A stretch of 64,000 nucleotides of DNA from Leptonemataceae bacterium (GTDB lineage: Bacteria; Spirochaetota; Leptospiria; Leptospirales; Leptonemataceae): contig OZ245742.1 in the NCBI GenBank assembly GCA_965227295.1, positions 1,408,001 to 1,472,000 on the forward strand, given 5' to 3'. A program made the position numbers and the translations under genes. The notes below the pieces were generated by a model, which saw only the letters and a list, made by a program, of their open reading frames with translations, ran no database searches and had not been told where the DNA came from. Position 1 is the stretch's first letter, and the number at the start of each line of letters is the position of its first letter. Of this stretch, positions 38,883 to 53,507 are shown in pieces.

Positions 38883-39862
38883 GCGCGTATATTGTCCGGC
38901 GTTTGTTGTACTTCCTGCCCGTGTGGTTCGGGGTGTTTCTCTTAACGTTCAGCATCTTTCACTTACACGATCCCATGACGCTGGCCGCCGTGCAGTTGCC
39001 CCAGGCGCCGGAAGATCGTCTGCGTGCCTGGGTGCGCAACAACGACTATCATTTGCCGCTCTTCTTGAATCTGCCGTCCGATGCCGAAACGATTCGCGCC
39101 GACGGCGAAGTGCATCCGGAGTTCGCGGAGCGTTCGCTGTTTTATTCGCAGTTCTTCTTGAGCGTGCGTGATCTACTGCTCTTTGATTTTGGTACGGACC
39201 GTGCAAAGAAACCCATCGCGGAGTCCGTCGCCGAGCGCGTGGGTCCGACGCTTTCCATCATGTTGCCCGCGCTCGCGTTGACGGTAGTGATCAGCATCGT
39301 CGTGGCGCTACTGTCCGCGTATCTGCGCGGCACGCCGGTGGACGTCGTCGGCGTGGTCGGCAGCGTCGCGTTGCTTTCGATTGCGCTGCCGGTTTACATT
39401 CTCGCCGCCCAATACCTGTTCGGGCGATTGTTTCCGGTGGTGCCGGTGTACGGTCATGTGCTTGCGCCCATCATCATTGCGGTCTTCGGCAGTGTCGGCG
39501 CGCACGTGCGTTTTTATCGGAGCGTATTTTTGGAACAGATGGATCAGGAATTTGTGCGCACGGCTCGCGCGAAAGGCGCGCCGGAATCACGGGTCCTCGG
39601 CCGCCATGTACTGCGCAATTCCTGGATCCCGGTGCTCACGCAGGTGTCACTGTCGGTGCCGTACTTAATTACCGGTTCGCTGTTGTTGGAACAATTTTTC
39701 GGCATACCGGGCATGGGCGATCTGCTGTACTCGGCGCTGGTGGCGCGAGATTTTCAGGTGATCAAGGTGATTACGTATTTAGGTTCGTTTGTTTACATGA
39801 TGAGCATGCTCGCCACGGACATCGCGTATACGCTGGTGGATCCGCGGATTCGTTTTCGGTAA
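38879..39862 (+). CDS. Peptide ABC transporter permease (OppB-like)
   Basis: MSAYIVRRLL, FVRTARAKG, HVLRN, EQFFGIPG.G, DPRI; ATGA overlap with the upstream gene. Confidence 0.92.
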   Translation: MSAYIVRRLLYFLPVWFGVFLLTFSIFHLHDPMTLAAVQLPQAPEDRLRAWVRNNDYHLPLFLNLPSDAETIRADGEVHPEFAERSLFYSQFFLSVRDLLLFDFGTDRAKKPIAESVAERVGPTLSIMLPALALTVVISIVVALLSAYLRGTPVDVVGVVGSVALLSIALPVYILAAQYLFGRLFPVVPVYGHVLAPIIIAVFGSVGAHVRFYRSVFLEQMDQEFVRTARAKGAPESRVLGRHVLRNSWIPVLTQVSLSVPYLITGSLLLEQFFGIPGMGDLLYSALVARDFQVIKVITYLGSFVYMMSMLATDIAYTLVDPRIRFR

Positions 39863-39867
39863 CATTG

Positions 39868-40902
39868 ATGCACTGGTTGTTACAGAACATACTGTTGATC
39901 GTCGGTGCCGTGCTGTTCGCGGCCTGGTATCGATACATGCGCAATCGCGGCGGCCTGGCCCATGCCCGGGAGCGACTCCGCTGCGTTCCCGGGGCGCGGC
40001 TCGCAGGCATTGTGCTCGCGATCTACTTCACGATCGGCTACGTGGATTTGCTGCGCATCCCGGCCGCGGGCGAACGGCTCTTCGCCGTAAGTCCCATTGA
40101 TTTAATCTTTAGCGCCGTCCCGCAGGAACGAACTTACAGTGCTCCTTTTGCGAGCAGCGTTATTACCGCCGTGGACGAAGACCCGCAGGCGCCGCAAAAC
40201 CGCGTGCGTGGGTGGCACGTCCTTGGCACCGACGTGAACGGATACGATGTCCTGTATAACGTCTGCAAGGGCTGCGGCGTGGCGCTGCTGCTCGTCCTCG
40301 GTACCATGCTCGTAAGTTTCCCGCTCGGCTTGTTGCTCGGACTCGCGGCCGGGTACTTCGGTGGTTTCGTGGACGACGTCGTGCAGTGGTTGTATACGAC
40401 CATGGCGAGCATCCCGTGGCTCTTGTTTGTTCTGGCCTTCCTGGCCGTCTTCGGTCGCTCGCTCTTGTGGATCTGCGTGGCCTTCGGGCTCACGTCCTGG
40501 ACCGAACTCGCGCGCTTGATTCGCGGCGAAACTCTGAAACTGCGCGAACTGAATTACGTGCGTTCCGCGCGATCCGCCGGTGTTTCTCCGGCACGCACGA
40601 TCCTGCGGCACATCCTGCCGAATCTCTCGCACGTTTACATCGTAACGTTTACGATCACCGCGTCGTCGATCGTGCTGGCCGAAAGCGTGCTGACGTTCAT
40701 CGGCATCGGCGTGGAGCCGGGGCAAAGTTCCTGGGGGCGCATGTTAGTGGAGGCGCAGACGGAACTCGTACGTTCGCCGCCGATTTGGTGGGTGTTTGCG
40801 GGAGCGTCGTTTTTGGGGATTTTTCCCCTGGTGCTCGCGTTGAATGTGTTCGGGGATGCGCTAAGGGACGCGCTGGATCCGCGGTTGGATCGGCGAAAGT
40901 GA
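39868..40902 (+). CDS. Peptide ABC transporter permease (OppC-like)
   Basis: LGTDVNG.D, ARLIRGE, HILPN, AESVLTFIGIG, SWG.M, GDALRDALDPR. Confidence 0.92.
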   Translation: MHWLLQNILLIVGAVLFAAWYRYMRNRGGLAHARERLRCVPGARLAGIVLAIYFTIGYVDLLRIPAAGERLFAVSPIDLIFSAVPQERTYSAPFASSVITAVDEDPQAPQNRVRGWHVLGTDVNGYDVLYNVCKGCGVALLLVLGTMLVSFPLGLLLGLAAGYFGGFVDDVVQWLYTTMASIPWLLFVLAFLAVFGRSLLWICVAFGLTSWTELARLIRGETLKLRELNYVRSARSAGVSPARTILRHILPNLSHVYIVTFTITASSIVLAESVLTFIGIGVEPGQSSWGRMLVEAQTELVRSPPIWWVFAGASFLGIFPLVLALNVFGDALRDALDPRLDRRK

Positions 40903-40922
40903 GGGTCAGGGGGCGCCTTCCT

Positions 40923-41876
40923 TTAAGTCTCGGCGGATTTGGTTTTCGGATTGATTTCAGCGTTCCTGGTGCCGCCTTCGTCTCTTGCGGGCCCGGGATT
41001 CTCGGTGTAGAGACTGGCTTCTCGAACTCGAATATTGTGCAGTAGTTCTGTGTGTCGTGTTGGAATTTTCGAAAGAAGGGGATCCGATACATCGTTGTCG
41101 CCAAGAATGTACGGTTCACAGATCATAAGGGGATCCTTTACTGCTGCAACATATTCTTGTAGGTACTCTCGAAGGTTGCTTGCATTTACAGGTTTTCTTT
41201 CCATTACGCTTCGATAGAGTCTATTCTCCTCGGAAGCCATAGAAATCCAGATGATCGGATAGGGCTTTCCGCGCATTACTCCCTTCAGGGGTTCGGTCCC
41301 ATCAAGAAAATAGTCAAAATCCGGGTCCAATATGACGCGCGTCAGAATTAGTGCAAGTTCCACGGATATAATAAACTTACCGTCACTCGCATATTTGCAC
41401 AGGCGAAATCCTGCGTCAATGGAAGGTCCGATATAGTCGACAAGTTCTCGAATCGTATGTGTAGTCGGCTCAGTCTCAATCCTGGCGTTCACAACGGGAA
41501 AACCTGCGGTCCAGGCCGTCGCCTTTAAGGATAGTGGAAGATCTTGTCTGCGTATAATTTCTATGTAATTGGTGATACTGCTGCGGAATGCGCGAATGAT
41601 ATGTTTTGCGTGTTTCCCGTCGCTGAGCTTGACTGTATAAACTAATTCGTCTCCGAGAAGTTTCCAGAGTTCCGGAATTTGATCTGCATTCGGGTTCCAA
41701 TCGGGTATGTTGTATATTTCGGATCGCAGTTCTCTATCAAAGTCTCCGTATAAATCCTTGAAAAACTTAAGCCACGGATGTTCGTCTTTGCGTTCTTCAT
41801 GTGGATTGTTTTTGTATGCCGTGGCACCGACCACGTCGATACTGACGAAGAGTATTAGTTCTGCGTTGACAGGCAT
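40923..41876 (-). CDS. Divergent class III nucleotide-cyclase-like protein
   Basis: SIDVVGAT (first metal Asp), WKLLGDEL (second Asp), DYIGPSIDAGFRL (aligns with D.WGD.VN.AAR), IISVE, LKG; lower GC than flanks. Confidence 0.7.
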   Translation of the reverse strand: MPVNAELILFVSIDVVGATAYKNNPHEERKDEHPWLKFFKDLYGDFDRELRSEIYNIPDWNPNADQIPELWKLLGDELVYTVKLSDGKHAKHIIRAFRSSITNYIEIIRRQDLPLSLKATAWTAGFPVVNARIETEPTTHTIRELVDYIGPSIDAGFRLCKYASDGKFIISVELALILTRVILDPDFDYFLDGTEPLKGVMRGKPYPIIWISMASEENRLYRSVMERKPVNASNLREYLQEYVAAVKDPLMICEPYILGDNDVSDPLLSKIPTRHTELLHNIRVREASLYTENPGPARDEGGTRNAEINPKTKSAET

Positions 41877-41896
41877 TACGCATTTCTTAGGATTTC

Positions 41897-42430
41897 TTAT
41901 TTGATTCCCAGAGTATCTGCTCGAACAGACACTGCGGCTGGCGAAACATAAAACTTAACTGCAGTTTGGCGCGGGCCGTATTTCTGGTAGTAGTCCGAAA
42001 AAGGCTGCGCGGGCATGAGGAAGGCGGCAGCAAACCAATTGGCCTCCCATTCCTCGCGAGTACTTCCAAATCGTTCCGCGCGTATTTTCATTTCACCCTG
42101 CATTGAGTGCAGGAAGTAATGACCCAACTCGTGTGCGATGGAGAATCGGTTTCTTGTCGGTCCGGTAAAATTTGATACGTATATGTCGAAATTGCATTGC
42201 TCGTGAACAACTATCGAAGCATGCGCTGTTTGTTCCCATAGAACGTAGTCTACAAAGTGGACCGTGCCACCGAATGCGTTGGCGACGGGAATAATGTCGT
42301 CGCCGGGAGCATAGCCGGCGGCTCTCGCGACTTCCTCGGCAGTGTGCTCGACGCTAGTGCGAGAGAAATTACCAGGCATCGCTTGTGGATATTCCTGACC
42401 TGGGAGGTGATTCTTTTCTGCCGCATTCAT
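41897..42430 (-). CDS. ImmA/IrrE-family (DUF955, M78) zinc metallopeptidase
   Basis: RNRFSIAHELGH.FLH and EWEANWFAAAFLMP, C-terminal F.VS..A..VR; no N-terminal Xre HTH; start uncertain (42430 or 42466). Confidence 0.92.
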   Translation of the reverse strand: MNAAEKNHLPGQEYPQAMPGNFSRTSVEHTAEEVARAAGYAPGDDIIPVANAFGGTVHFVDYVLWEQTAHASIVVHEQCNFDIYVSNFTGPTRNRFSIAHELGHYFLHSMQGEMKIRAERFGSTREEWEANWFAAAFLMPAQPFSDYYQKYGPRQTAVKFYVSPAAVSVRADTLGIK

Positions 42431-42624
42431 GGAGGTTGCCTGAATATACGTGGATAGCTTGCACACAGATGTGGCACCCGATCCCTGGTTTGCAACCGTA
42501 AAAACGCCAGGATTCTCAAGGTGCGGTGAATCATCAGGGAAAGTGTCCCTTTATGTGTATGTAGACCCTCAGAGCAGAAGCATAGTGTACATAATTCTTG
42601 ATGCAGGGCGCCAGCCGGTCCCAC

Positions 42625-48429
<5,805 letters not shown>

Positions 48430-48431
48430 GC

Positions 48432-49820
48432 TCAACCTCTCCCGGAGATGCCGGCGTAGATGTCCCGGCGGCCGGCGGGCAGGCCGGAGGGGCCCTTGGG
48501 ACCGATCTTCGTCACCAGCGTTTGAAAGATAACCATGGAGCCCTCGTGAAAACCCAGGGACACTCCGGCAAGATACAACAACCACAGCCGGTACTTTTCA
48601 GCGCCCACCAGGCGAATCGCCTCGTCTTTGCGTTCCTGTAAGTTGCGCGCCCAGTGCGCGCAGGTGAGCGCGTAGTGTTCGCGGATGGCCTCGACGTCGT
48701 GGACCTCGAAGCCGCGCAGTTCGAACTGCTCCACCTGATGGCCGATATCGTCGAGTTCGGAGCCGGGAAAAATGTACTTGAGAAGCAGGCGTTTTTCTTT
48801 CGTGATGTGTCGACGTCGATGGGCGGGTTTCGCGCGGCGGGCGATGCAATGATGCAACATTACGCCGCCGGGTTTCAGCATGTCGTACTGTTTTTGATAG
48901 TAACGTTCCCAGTTCGCGCTGCCCATGTGTTCGAACATGCCGATGCTCGCGATCTTGTCGTACGGGCCGTCGGCGGGAACGTGATGAAAGAAATCGTTGC
49001 ATTCCACGGTAACGCGATCTTCCAGGCCCAGCTCCCGAACCTTGCGCACGGCCCATTCGTGCTGCGCCGGCGACAGCGTCACCGCGTGGACGTGCACGCC
49101 GTAGTGTTGCGCCATGTGACACGTGAGTCCGCCCCAGCCGCAGCCCGTGTCCAGCACGCGCTCGCCGGGTTGCAGGCGCAACTTACGCGCGACCAGGTCC
49201 ATCTTATCGAACTGCGCCTGCGCCAGGGAATTCTCCCAATCGTGAAAGTAGGCGCAGGTGTACTGCATCTCTTTGTCGAGCCACAACGCGTAGAATTCGT
49301 TGGAAAGATCGTAGTGGAACTGAATGAACTCGCCGTGTTTCCGTTTCGCGCCGCTCCGGCCGATCTCGTCGTCGGCGTAAGCGTTCGCGTTGACATACTT
49401 GCCGGGCCACACGAACAGAAACGGCAGCAGCCGGCGCAGCACGAACCACTTGTTCACGGACTTGAGGCCGCGCTTGAACTCCGGCGTGCGCATGGACTTC
49501 AGAAAATCGATGATGTCGTCGTCGGAGAAGTCGATCTGCCCGGCGGCGTAGCGCATGAGCGTGTTTTCCAGGTTCCACGGTCGTCGCAGAATCGAACCGA
49601 CGGCGCCGGGATCGTTTACGGACAGGTGATATTGTACGGCTTTGCCGCTATGATTCAGCGGGTAGATTTTATTGTCCCAGAGTTTGAGGCCGATGGGTGC
49701 GTCCAGGCGTTCGGCCAGGTGATCCACTACGGCCCGCAGGGCATCGAGCAGTCGATCACTGCCTTTGCCGGCTGTCGCGGGCGGGAAGGCGGGCTGCGGA
49801 GCGACGGTATTGTTAGACAT
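48432..49820 (-). CDS. cfa: Cyclopropane-fatty-acyl-phospholipid synthase family methyltransferase
   Basis: HYDLSNEFY, M.YTCAYF, LD.GCGWGG, SIGMFEH, KYIFPG, HYA.T...W. Confidence 0.9.
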   Translation of the reverse strand: MSNNTVAPQPAFPPATAGKGSDRLLDALRAVVDHLAERLDAPIGLKLWDNKIYPLNHSGKAVQYHLSVNDPGAVGSILRRPWNLENTLMRYAAGQIDFSDDDIIDFLKSMRTPEFKRGLKSVNKWFVLRRLLPFLFVWPGKYVNANAYADDEIGRSGAKRKHGEFIQFHYDLSNEFYALWLDKEMQYTCAYFHDWENSLAQAQFDKMDLVARKLRLQPGERVLDTGCGWGGLTCHMAQHYGVHVHAVTLSPAQHEWAVRKVRELGLEDRVTVECNDFFHHVPADGPYDKIASIGMFEHMGSANWERYYQKQYDMLKPGGVMLHHCIARRAKPAHRRRHITKEKRLLLKYIFPGSELDDIGHQVEQFELRGFEVHDVEAIREHYALTCAHWARNLQERKDEAIRLVGAEKYRLWLLYLAGVSLGFHEGSMVIFQTLVTKIGPKGPSGLPAGRRDIYAGISGRG

Positions 49821-49901
49821 AATCCTGATACGACCTGAATAAAAATGACACTCAGGGCAGGACAGACCGAAACAAGCGCGAGAACGACGGTCAATGATTT
49901 T

Positions 49902-50612
49902 TTAGTCGAACGGTTGGCGAGTCCGATGCGGCGCTTTTGCCTGTGAAGCGGTGCGTTTTTCCGCGAGCAGGAGGTGCGGTTCCATGATTCTCTGGACGCG
50001 TTCGCGCTGCGTTTCGATCTCTTCTTCCGTCTCCGGAGTGCCGATGTCGATGGGATCTTCGTAGCGGAGGCTGACCTTTGCAAACGGCTTCGGGATCATG
50101 AAGCGATCCCAGGAATTGAAGAACCAGGCGCGGTCCGCCTCCGTGTAAAACGGAACGACGACACCCTTCGTCGCGCGGGTCAGATGAATCAGTCCCGGCT
50201 TGGCGATGCCGATGGGCCCCCTGGGACCGTCGACGATGTGCGCGGCCAGCTTCGCGCGGCGAATCTTCTTAATGACCTCGAACAAAGCCGCGGCGCCGCG
50301 GCGGGACGATGATCCGCGCACGGGCTGCCAGCCGGTACGGCGCGCCACGTCCGCGATGATCGAACCGTCCTGAGACGGGCTGATCATGATGCATGGTTTG
50401 CGTTCTTTGAAATTCTGAAAGTGGCGGATGGCCGCAAAGAACTGCTGGTGCCAGCAGGCGAGGATCACCACGCCGCCGGAGTCGAGGACCTTCAGGACCG
50501 CTTCTTCGTTCTGAACATCCATGCGGAAGGTCCACGAGTACATCCGAATCAACCGATAGACCAGCGGTTGCAGGATCTTCAGAACGATGAAGTATTTGAT
50601 CTTGCGGCCCAT
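49902..50612 (-). CDS. DUF374 / lysophospholipid acyltransferase-family protein
   Basis: ACWH, IS.S.DG, VRGSSSR.G, VDGPRGP, SWDRF.IPKPF. Confidence 0.88.
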   Translation of the reverse strand: MGRKIKYFIVLKILQPLVYRLIRMYSWTFRMDVQNEEAVLKVLDSGGVVILACWHQQFFAAIRHFQNFKERKPCIMISPSQDGSIIADVARRTGWQPVRGSSSRRGAAALFEVIKKIRRAKLAAHIVDGPRGPIGIAKPGLIHLTRATKGVVVPFYTEADRAWFFNSWDRFMIPKPFAKVSLRYEDPIDIGTPETEEEIETQRERVQRIMEPHLLLAEKRTASQAKAPHRTRQPFD

Positions 50613-50627
50613 AAGAAAAGGGCCGGC

Positions 50628-51662
50628 TTAGTTTTTGATTTCGAAGACGGCCTTGTTCTTCTCGATCCACTCCAGCAACATCTCGACGCCCTTCCGCGGG
50701 GAGATGGCCGGCTTGAAACCGAAGTTCTTCGTCGCCTTGCTGATGTCGCAGATGAAGTAGCGCATGTCGCCCGGACGCTCTTCGTGGTACTCGATCTCCG
50801 GTTTGCGGCCTAAGATGTCGCCGATCATGTGAATGCATTCCACGAGGGAGATTTTGTTTTCCGGTCCGCCGCCGATGTTGTAGACGCCCGGCTCGGGTTT
50901 CTTGAACCAATCGATGAACGCCTGGGCGCCGTCGGAACCGTAGATGATGTCCCGCGTTTGTTTGCCGGTACCGAAGATGCGGCAGGGCCAGCCGAAGGCC
51001 GACCGAATGGCGAAGTTCGCCACCCAGCCGTGATCTTCGCCGCCGAACTGCCGCGGGCCGTAGATGCCGGTGAAACGAAACGAAGCCGCTTTGGTGTTCA
51101 GCATGTCCGTGAACGTGCGGGCATAGTGTTCCGCCGCCATCTTCGAGGCGTGCAGCGGAGAGATTTGCCCGACCATGGTATCTTCGTCTTCCGGAATCGC
51201 CACGGGATTGCGTTCGTAGGCGGTCTCGCCCTCGGTCAGTGTATTGTTGATGTGGTTGCCGTAAACGTGAATGGAAGACGTGTTTACGACGGGGATCTTG
51301 TGCTGGCGCGCCGCATCCAGGACGTTGAAGGTACCGAGAACGTTCGTGTTGAAGTCCAGGCGGGGATCTTCCCAGGAGATCGTCATGGCCGGCTGAGCCG
51401 CCGTGTGCACGATGTAATCGCAACCGGAGCTGTGATCCTTGAGGGCCTGCTCGTCGCAGACGTCGGCCTTGACCATCTCGCAGCCCATGCCCTTGAGTTC
51501 TTCCCAGTTAAAGTCCCGGGTCTTGTCGGTGCCGTAGCCGGTCCGGCCCAGTTCGTACTTCGTCATGTTGTCGTACGCGACGACCTCCCAGCCCTCTTTG
51601 CGAAAGTTTTCGCATACGTGAGAGCCGAGAAATCCGCATCCGCCGGTTACCAGTACTTTCAT
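50628..51662 (-). CDS. NAD-dependent nucleotide-sugar epimerase/dehydratase (CDP-paratose 2-epimerase-like)
   Basis: TGGCGFLGS, HTAAQ, IYGPRQFG.EDHGWVA, GTGKQTRD, RPGD; the catalytic YxxxK appears as LHASK. Confidence 0.88.
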   Translation of the reverse strand: MKVLVTGGCGFLGSHVCENFRKEGWEVVAYDNMTKYELGRTGYGTDKTRDFNWEELKGMGCEMVKADVCDEQALKDHSSGCDYIVHTAAQPAMTISWEDPRLDFNTNVLGTFNVLDAARQHKIPVVNTSSIHVYGNHINNTLTEGETAYERNPVAIPEDEDTMVGQISPLHASKMAAEHYARTFTDMLNTKAASFRFTGIYGPRQFGGEDHGWVANFAIRSAFGWPCRIFGTGKQTRDIIYGSDGAQAFIDWFKKPEPGVYNIGGGPENKISLVECIHMIGDILGRKPEIEYHEERPGDMRYFICDISKATKNFGFKPAISPRKGVEMLLEWIEKNKAVFEIKN

Positions 51663-51732
51663 CTGATTACTCCTGAGGTGTTTCCGTAGTTCTTTCTATG
51701 ATAAACGTGTGCCGTTGCCGGCCGTAAGTATT

Positions 51733-52896
51733 TCAAAGGATTTCTTTGAGGTCTTTCGGGATCGCCGCGCCGAGGACCGGCAGTTCGCGCCCGAGTTCTT
51801 TTAAGGTATCCGCGCTGAGGCGCTGGGAAGTTTTGCCCGGACCGAAGTCCAGGATGTGCGTGACTTTCGAATCGTCCACCGCGGGTTTCATGGACTTGTC
51901 CCAGTACAGCGTGTTGATGGCCATGTCTTCGAACATCTTCACGGGAAGATTGTCTTTCTGCGCGCGCAGATCTTCGCCGTCGAAGAACGAATAGACCGGC
52001 ACCTTAAGTTCGTCGCCGGAGTACTTAAACTCGATACGCTGGACTTCCGGGATGAAGATGTCCCGCACCGGCTCCATGAGTTTGCAGTGGAACGGGCAGG
52101 TGGTGCGCAGGTAGACGAACTTGAACTTCTTCTCGTCGATGTCGGCCTTGTATTTTTCGTGAAAGGCGATGAGCGACGAACGATGCGAAGAGAGGATGCG
52201 GTTCGTCGGCGAGTTGTAAAGTGAGACGTAGATTTGTTTGTCCGCGTCGAGGCCGCCGTTGACTTCCAAAACCATCTTTTCGACCTCGGCGTGATCCAGA
52301 CCCAGGACCGCCACCATGGGCGAAGGCGTTTTCCCGCCGAGGGACTCGGACTGCGCGACTTCCTCGTCGGTGGGATCGAAGAACGGGAAGGCCTTCTGCG
52401 CGGACACGCCCAGGTACAGAAGATACTTCATGTACTTGTTTACGGCGGCGTAGTAGTCGTCGCCGGAGAGCGTGAGCGCCATGAGGGACGCGGGAATCAG
52501 GCCCTGGCTGTGACCGGTGGTGCCGAGCGTGTTCGCCATGAGATCGTTCATGGAGAAGCCGTTTTGCAAAAGATTTTCCACGTGCACGAGCTGGGTCATC
52601 TGGATCATGGCGATGGAAACCGCCGCGCAGCCCAGGTAGTCTTCCGAGGGAATCGTGGAGTCGTCTTCCAGCCAGCCTTTCACATCGATGCCGTGGGGCA
52701 GGCCGACGCTGCCTTCCACGCGGGGCCGCTCTTCTTCTACCGCGGCCAGGGCCGCGTCGAAGAATTTCTGGAAGGCCGGTTCTTTGTAGAACTTCGCGAG
52801 TTCTTTGTACCACGGGGCGCCCTGGCCGCCGAACTGAATATAAAAGCGCGCATTGTTATCCTGCGCCTGTTTGAGAAGAGCGGGAGTGTCTGCCAT
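51733..52896 (-). CDS. Stand-alone acyl/malonyl-CoA:ACP transacylase resembling the type I FAS starter AT domain
   Basis: FGGQG, GHSQG (catalytic Ser), SPMVAV, SLYNS, CPFH, HILDFGPG. Confidence 0.82.
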   Translation of the reverse strand: MADTPALLKQAQDNNARFYIQFGGQGAPWYKELAKFYKEPAFQKFFDAALAAVEEERPRVEGSVGLPHGIDVKGWLEDDSTIPSEDYLGCAAVSIAMIQMTQLVHVENLLQNGFSMNDLMANTLGTTGHSQGLIPASLMALTLSGDDYYAAVNKYMKYLLYLGVSAQKAFPFFDPTDEEVAQSESLGGKTPSPMVAVLGLDHAEVEKMVLEVNGGLDADKQIYVSLYNSPTNRILSSHRSSLIAFHEKYKADIDEKKFKFVYLRTTCPFHCKLMEPVRDIFIPEVQRIEFKYSGDELKVPVYSFFDGEDLRAQKDNLPVKMFEDMAINTLYWDKSMKPAVDDSKVTHILDFGPGKTSQRLSADTLKELGRELPVLGAAIPKDLKEIL

Positions 52897-52924
52897 GAGT
52901 TAAAGATCCTGTGTTGAGATTGCG

Positions 52925-53488
52925 TTATTTGTTTACGCGTTCTACGAAAGAGAAATCGCGCATGTCCACTTTGATGACGTCGCCCTGGTTGATGTAAAGG
53001 GGCACCTGAACCTCGCCGCCCGTTTCGACTTCCACACGTTTCTTCGCGGTGCCCACGGTGTCGCCCTTGATGGCGTCCTCGGCGTAGGAGACCTCCAGTT
53101 CGACGAAGGTCGGCGGAATCATGCCGATGGCGTTGCCCTCGTAGAAGGTTACCTCGACGGGAGTTTCTTCTTTCATGAACGGCAGGTATTCCTCGACCAT
53201 GTCCTTGCCGAGGTTGATCTGCTCGTAGTCGTCCCGATCCATGAAAACGATTTCGTCGCCGTCCTGATACAACAGTTGCATGTAACGCTTTTCGAGCTCG
53301 GCGTCTTCGACCTTTTCGTTGGACTTAAACGTGCGCTCGATGACGTTACCGCGCTGGAGATGTTTGAGTTTCGTGCGCACGAAGGCGCTACCCTTGCCGG
53401 GATTTACGAACTGAGCGAAGCTAACGGAAAAGAGATCTCCATCAACTTTCAGAACCATGCCTTTCTTGACATCGACGGCGTTGATCAT
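52925..53488 (-). CDS. efp: Elongation factor P
   Basis: VNPGKGSAFVRTKLK, FMD..YEQ, KGDT, VETG..VQVPL; start ATG 53488. Confidence 0.97.
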   Translation of the reverse strand: MINAVDVKKGMVLKVDGDLFSVSFAQFVNPGKGSAFVRTKLKHLQRGNVIERTFKSNEKVEDAELEKRYMQLLYQDGDEIVFMDRDDYEQINLGKDMVEEYLPFMKEETPVEVTFYEGNAIGMIPPTFVELEVSYAEDAIKGDTVGTAKKRVEVETGGEVQVPLYINQGDVIKVDMRDFSFVERVNK

Positions 53489-53507
53489 ATCGGAGGGTAG
53501 GTTTTGA

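Noticed and set aside
40923-42466. Labelling the islet as Pycsar or CBASS CapP/CapH
   Set aside because: No PycTM/PycTIR (cNMP-binding) effector, no CD-NTase and no HTH gene adjacent
42427-42624. 65-aa ORF upstream of the peptidase as a missing HTH partner
   Set aside because: No HTH pattern, no RBS and non-protein-like composition; more likely the promoter region
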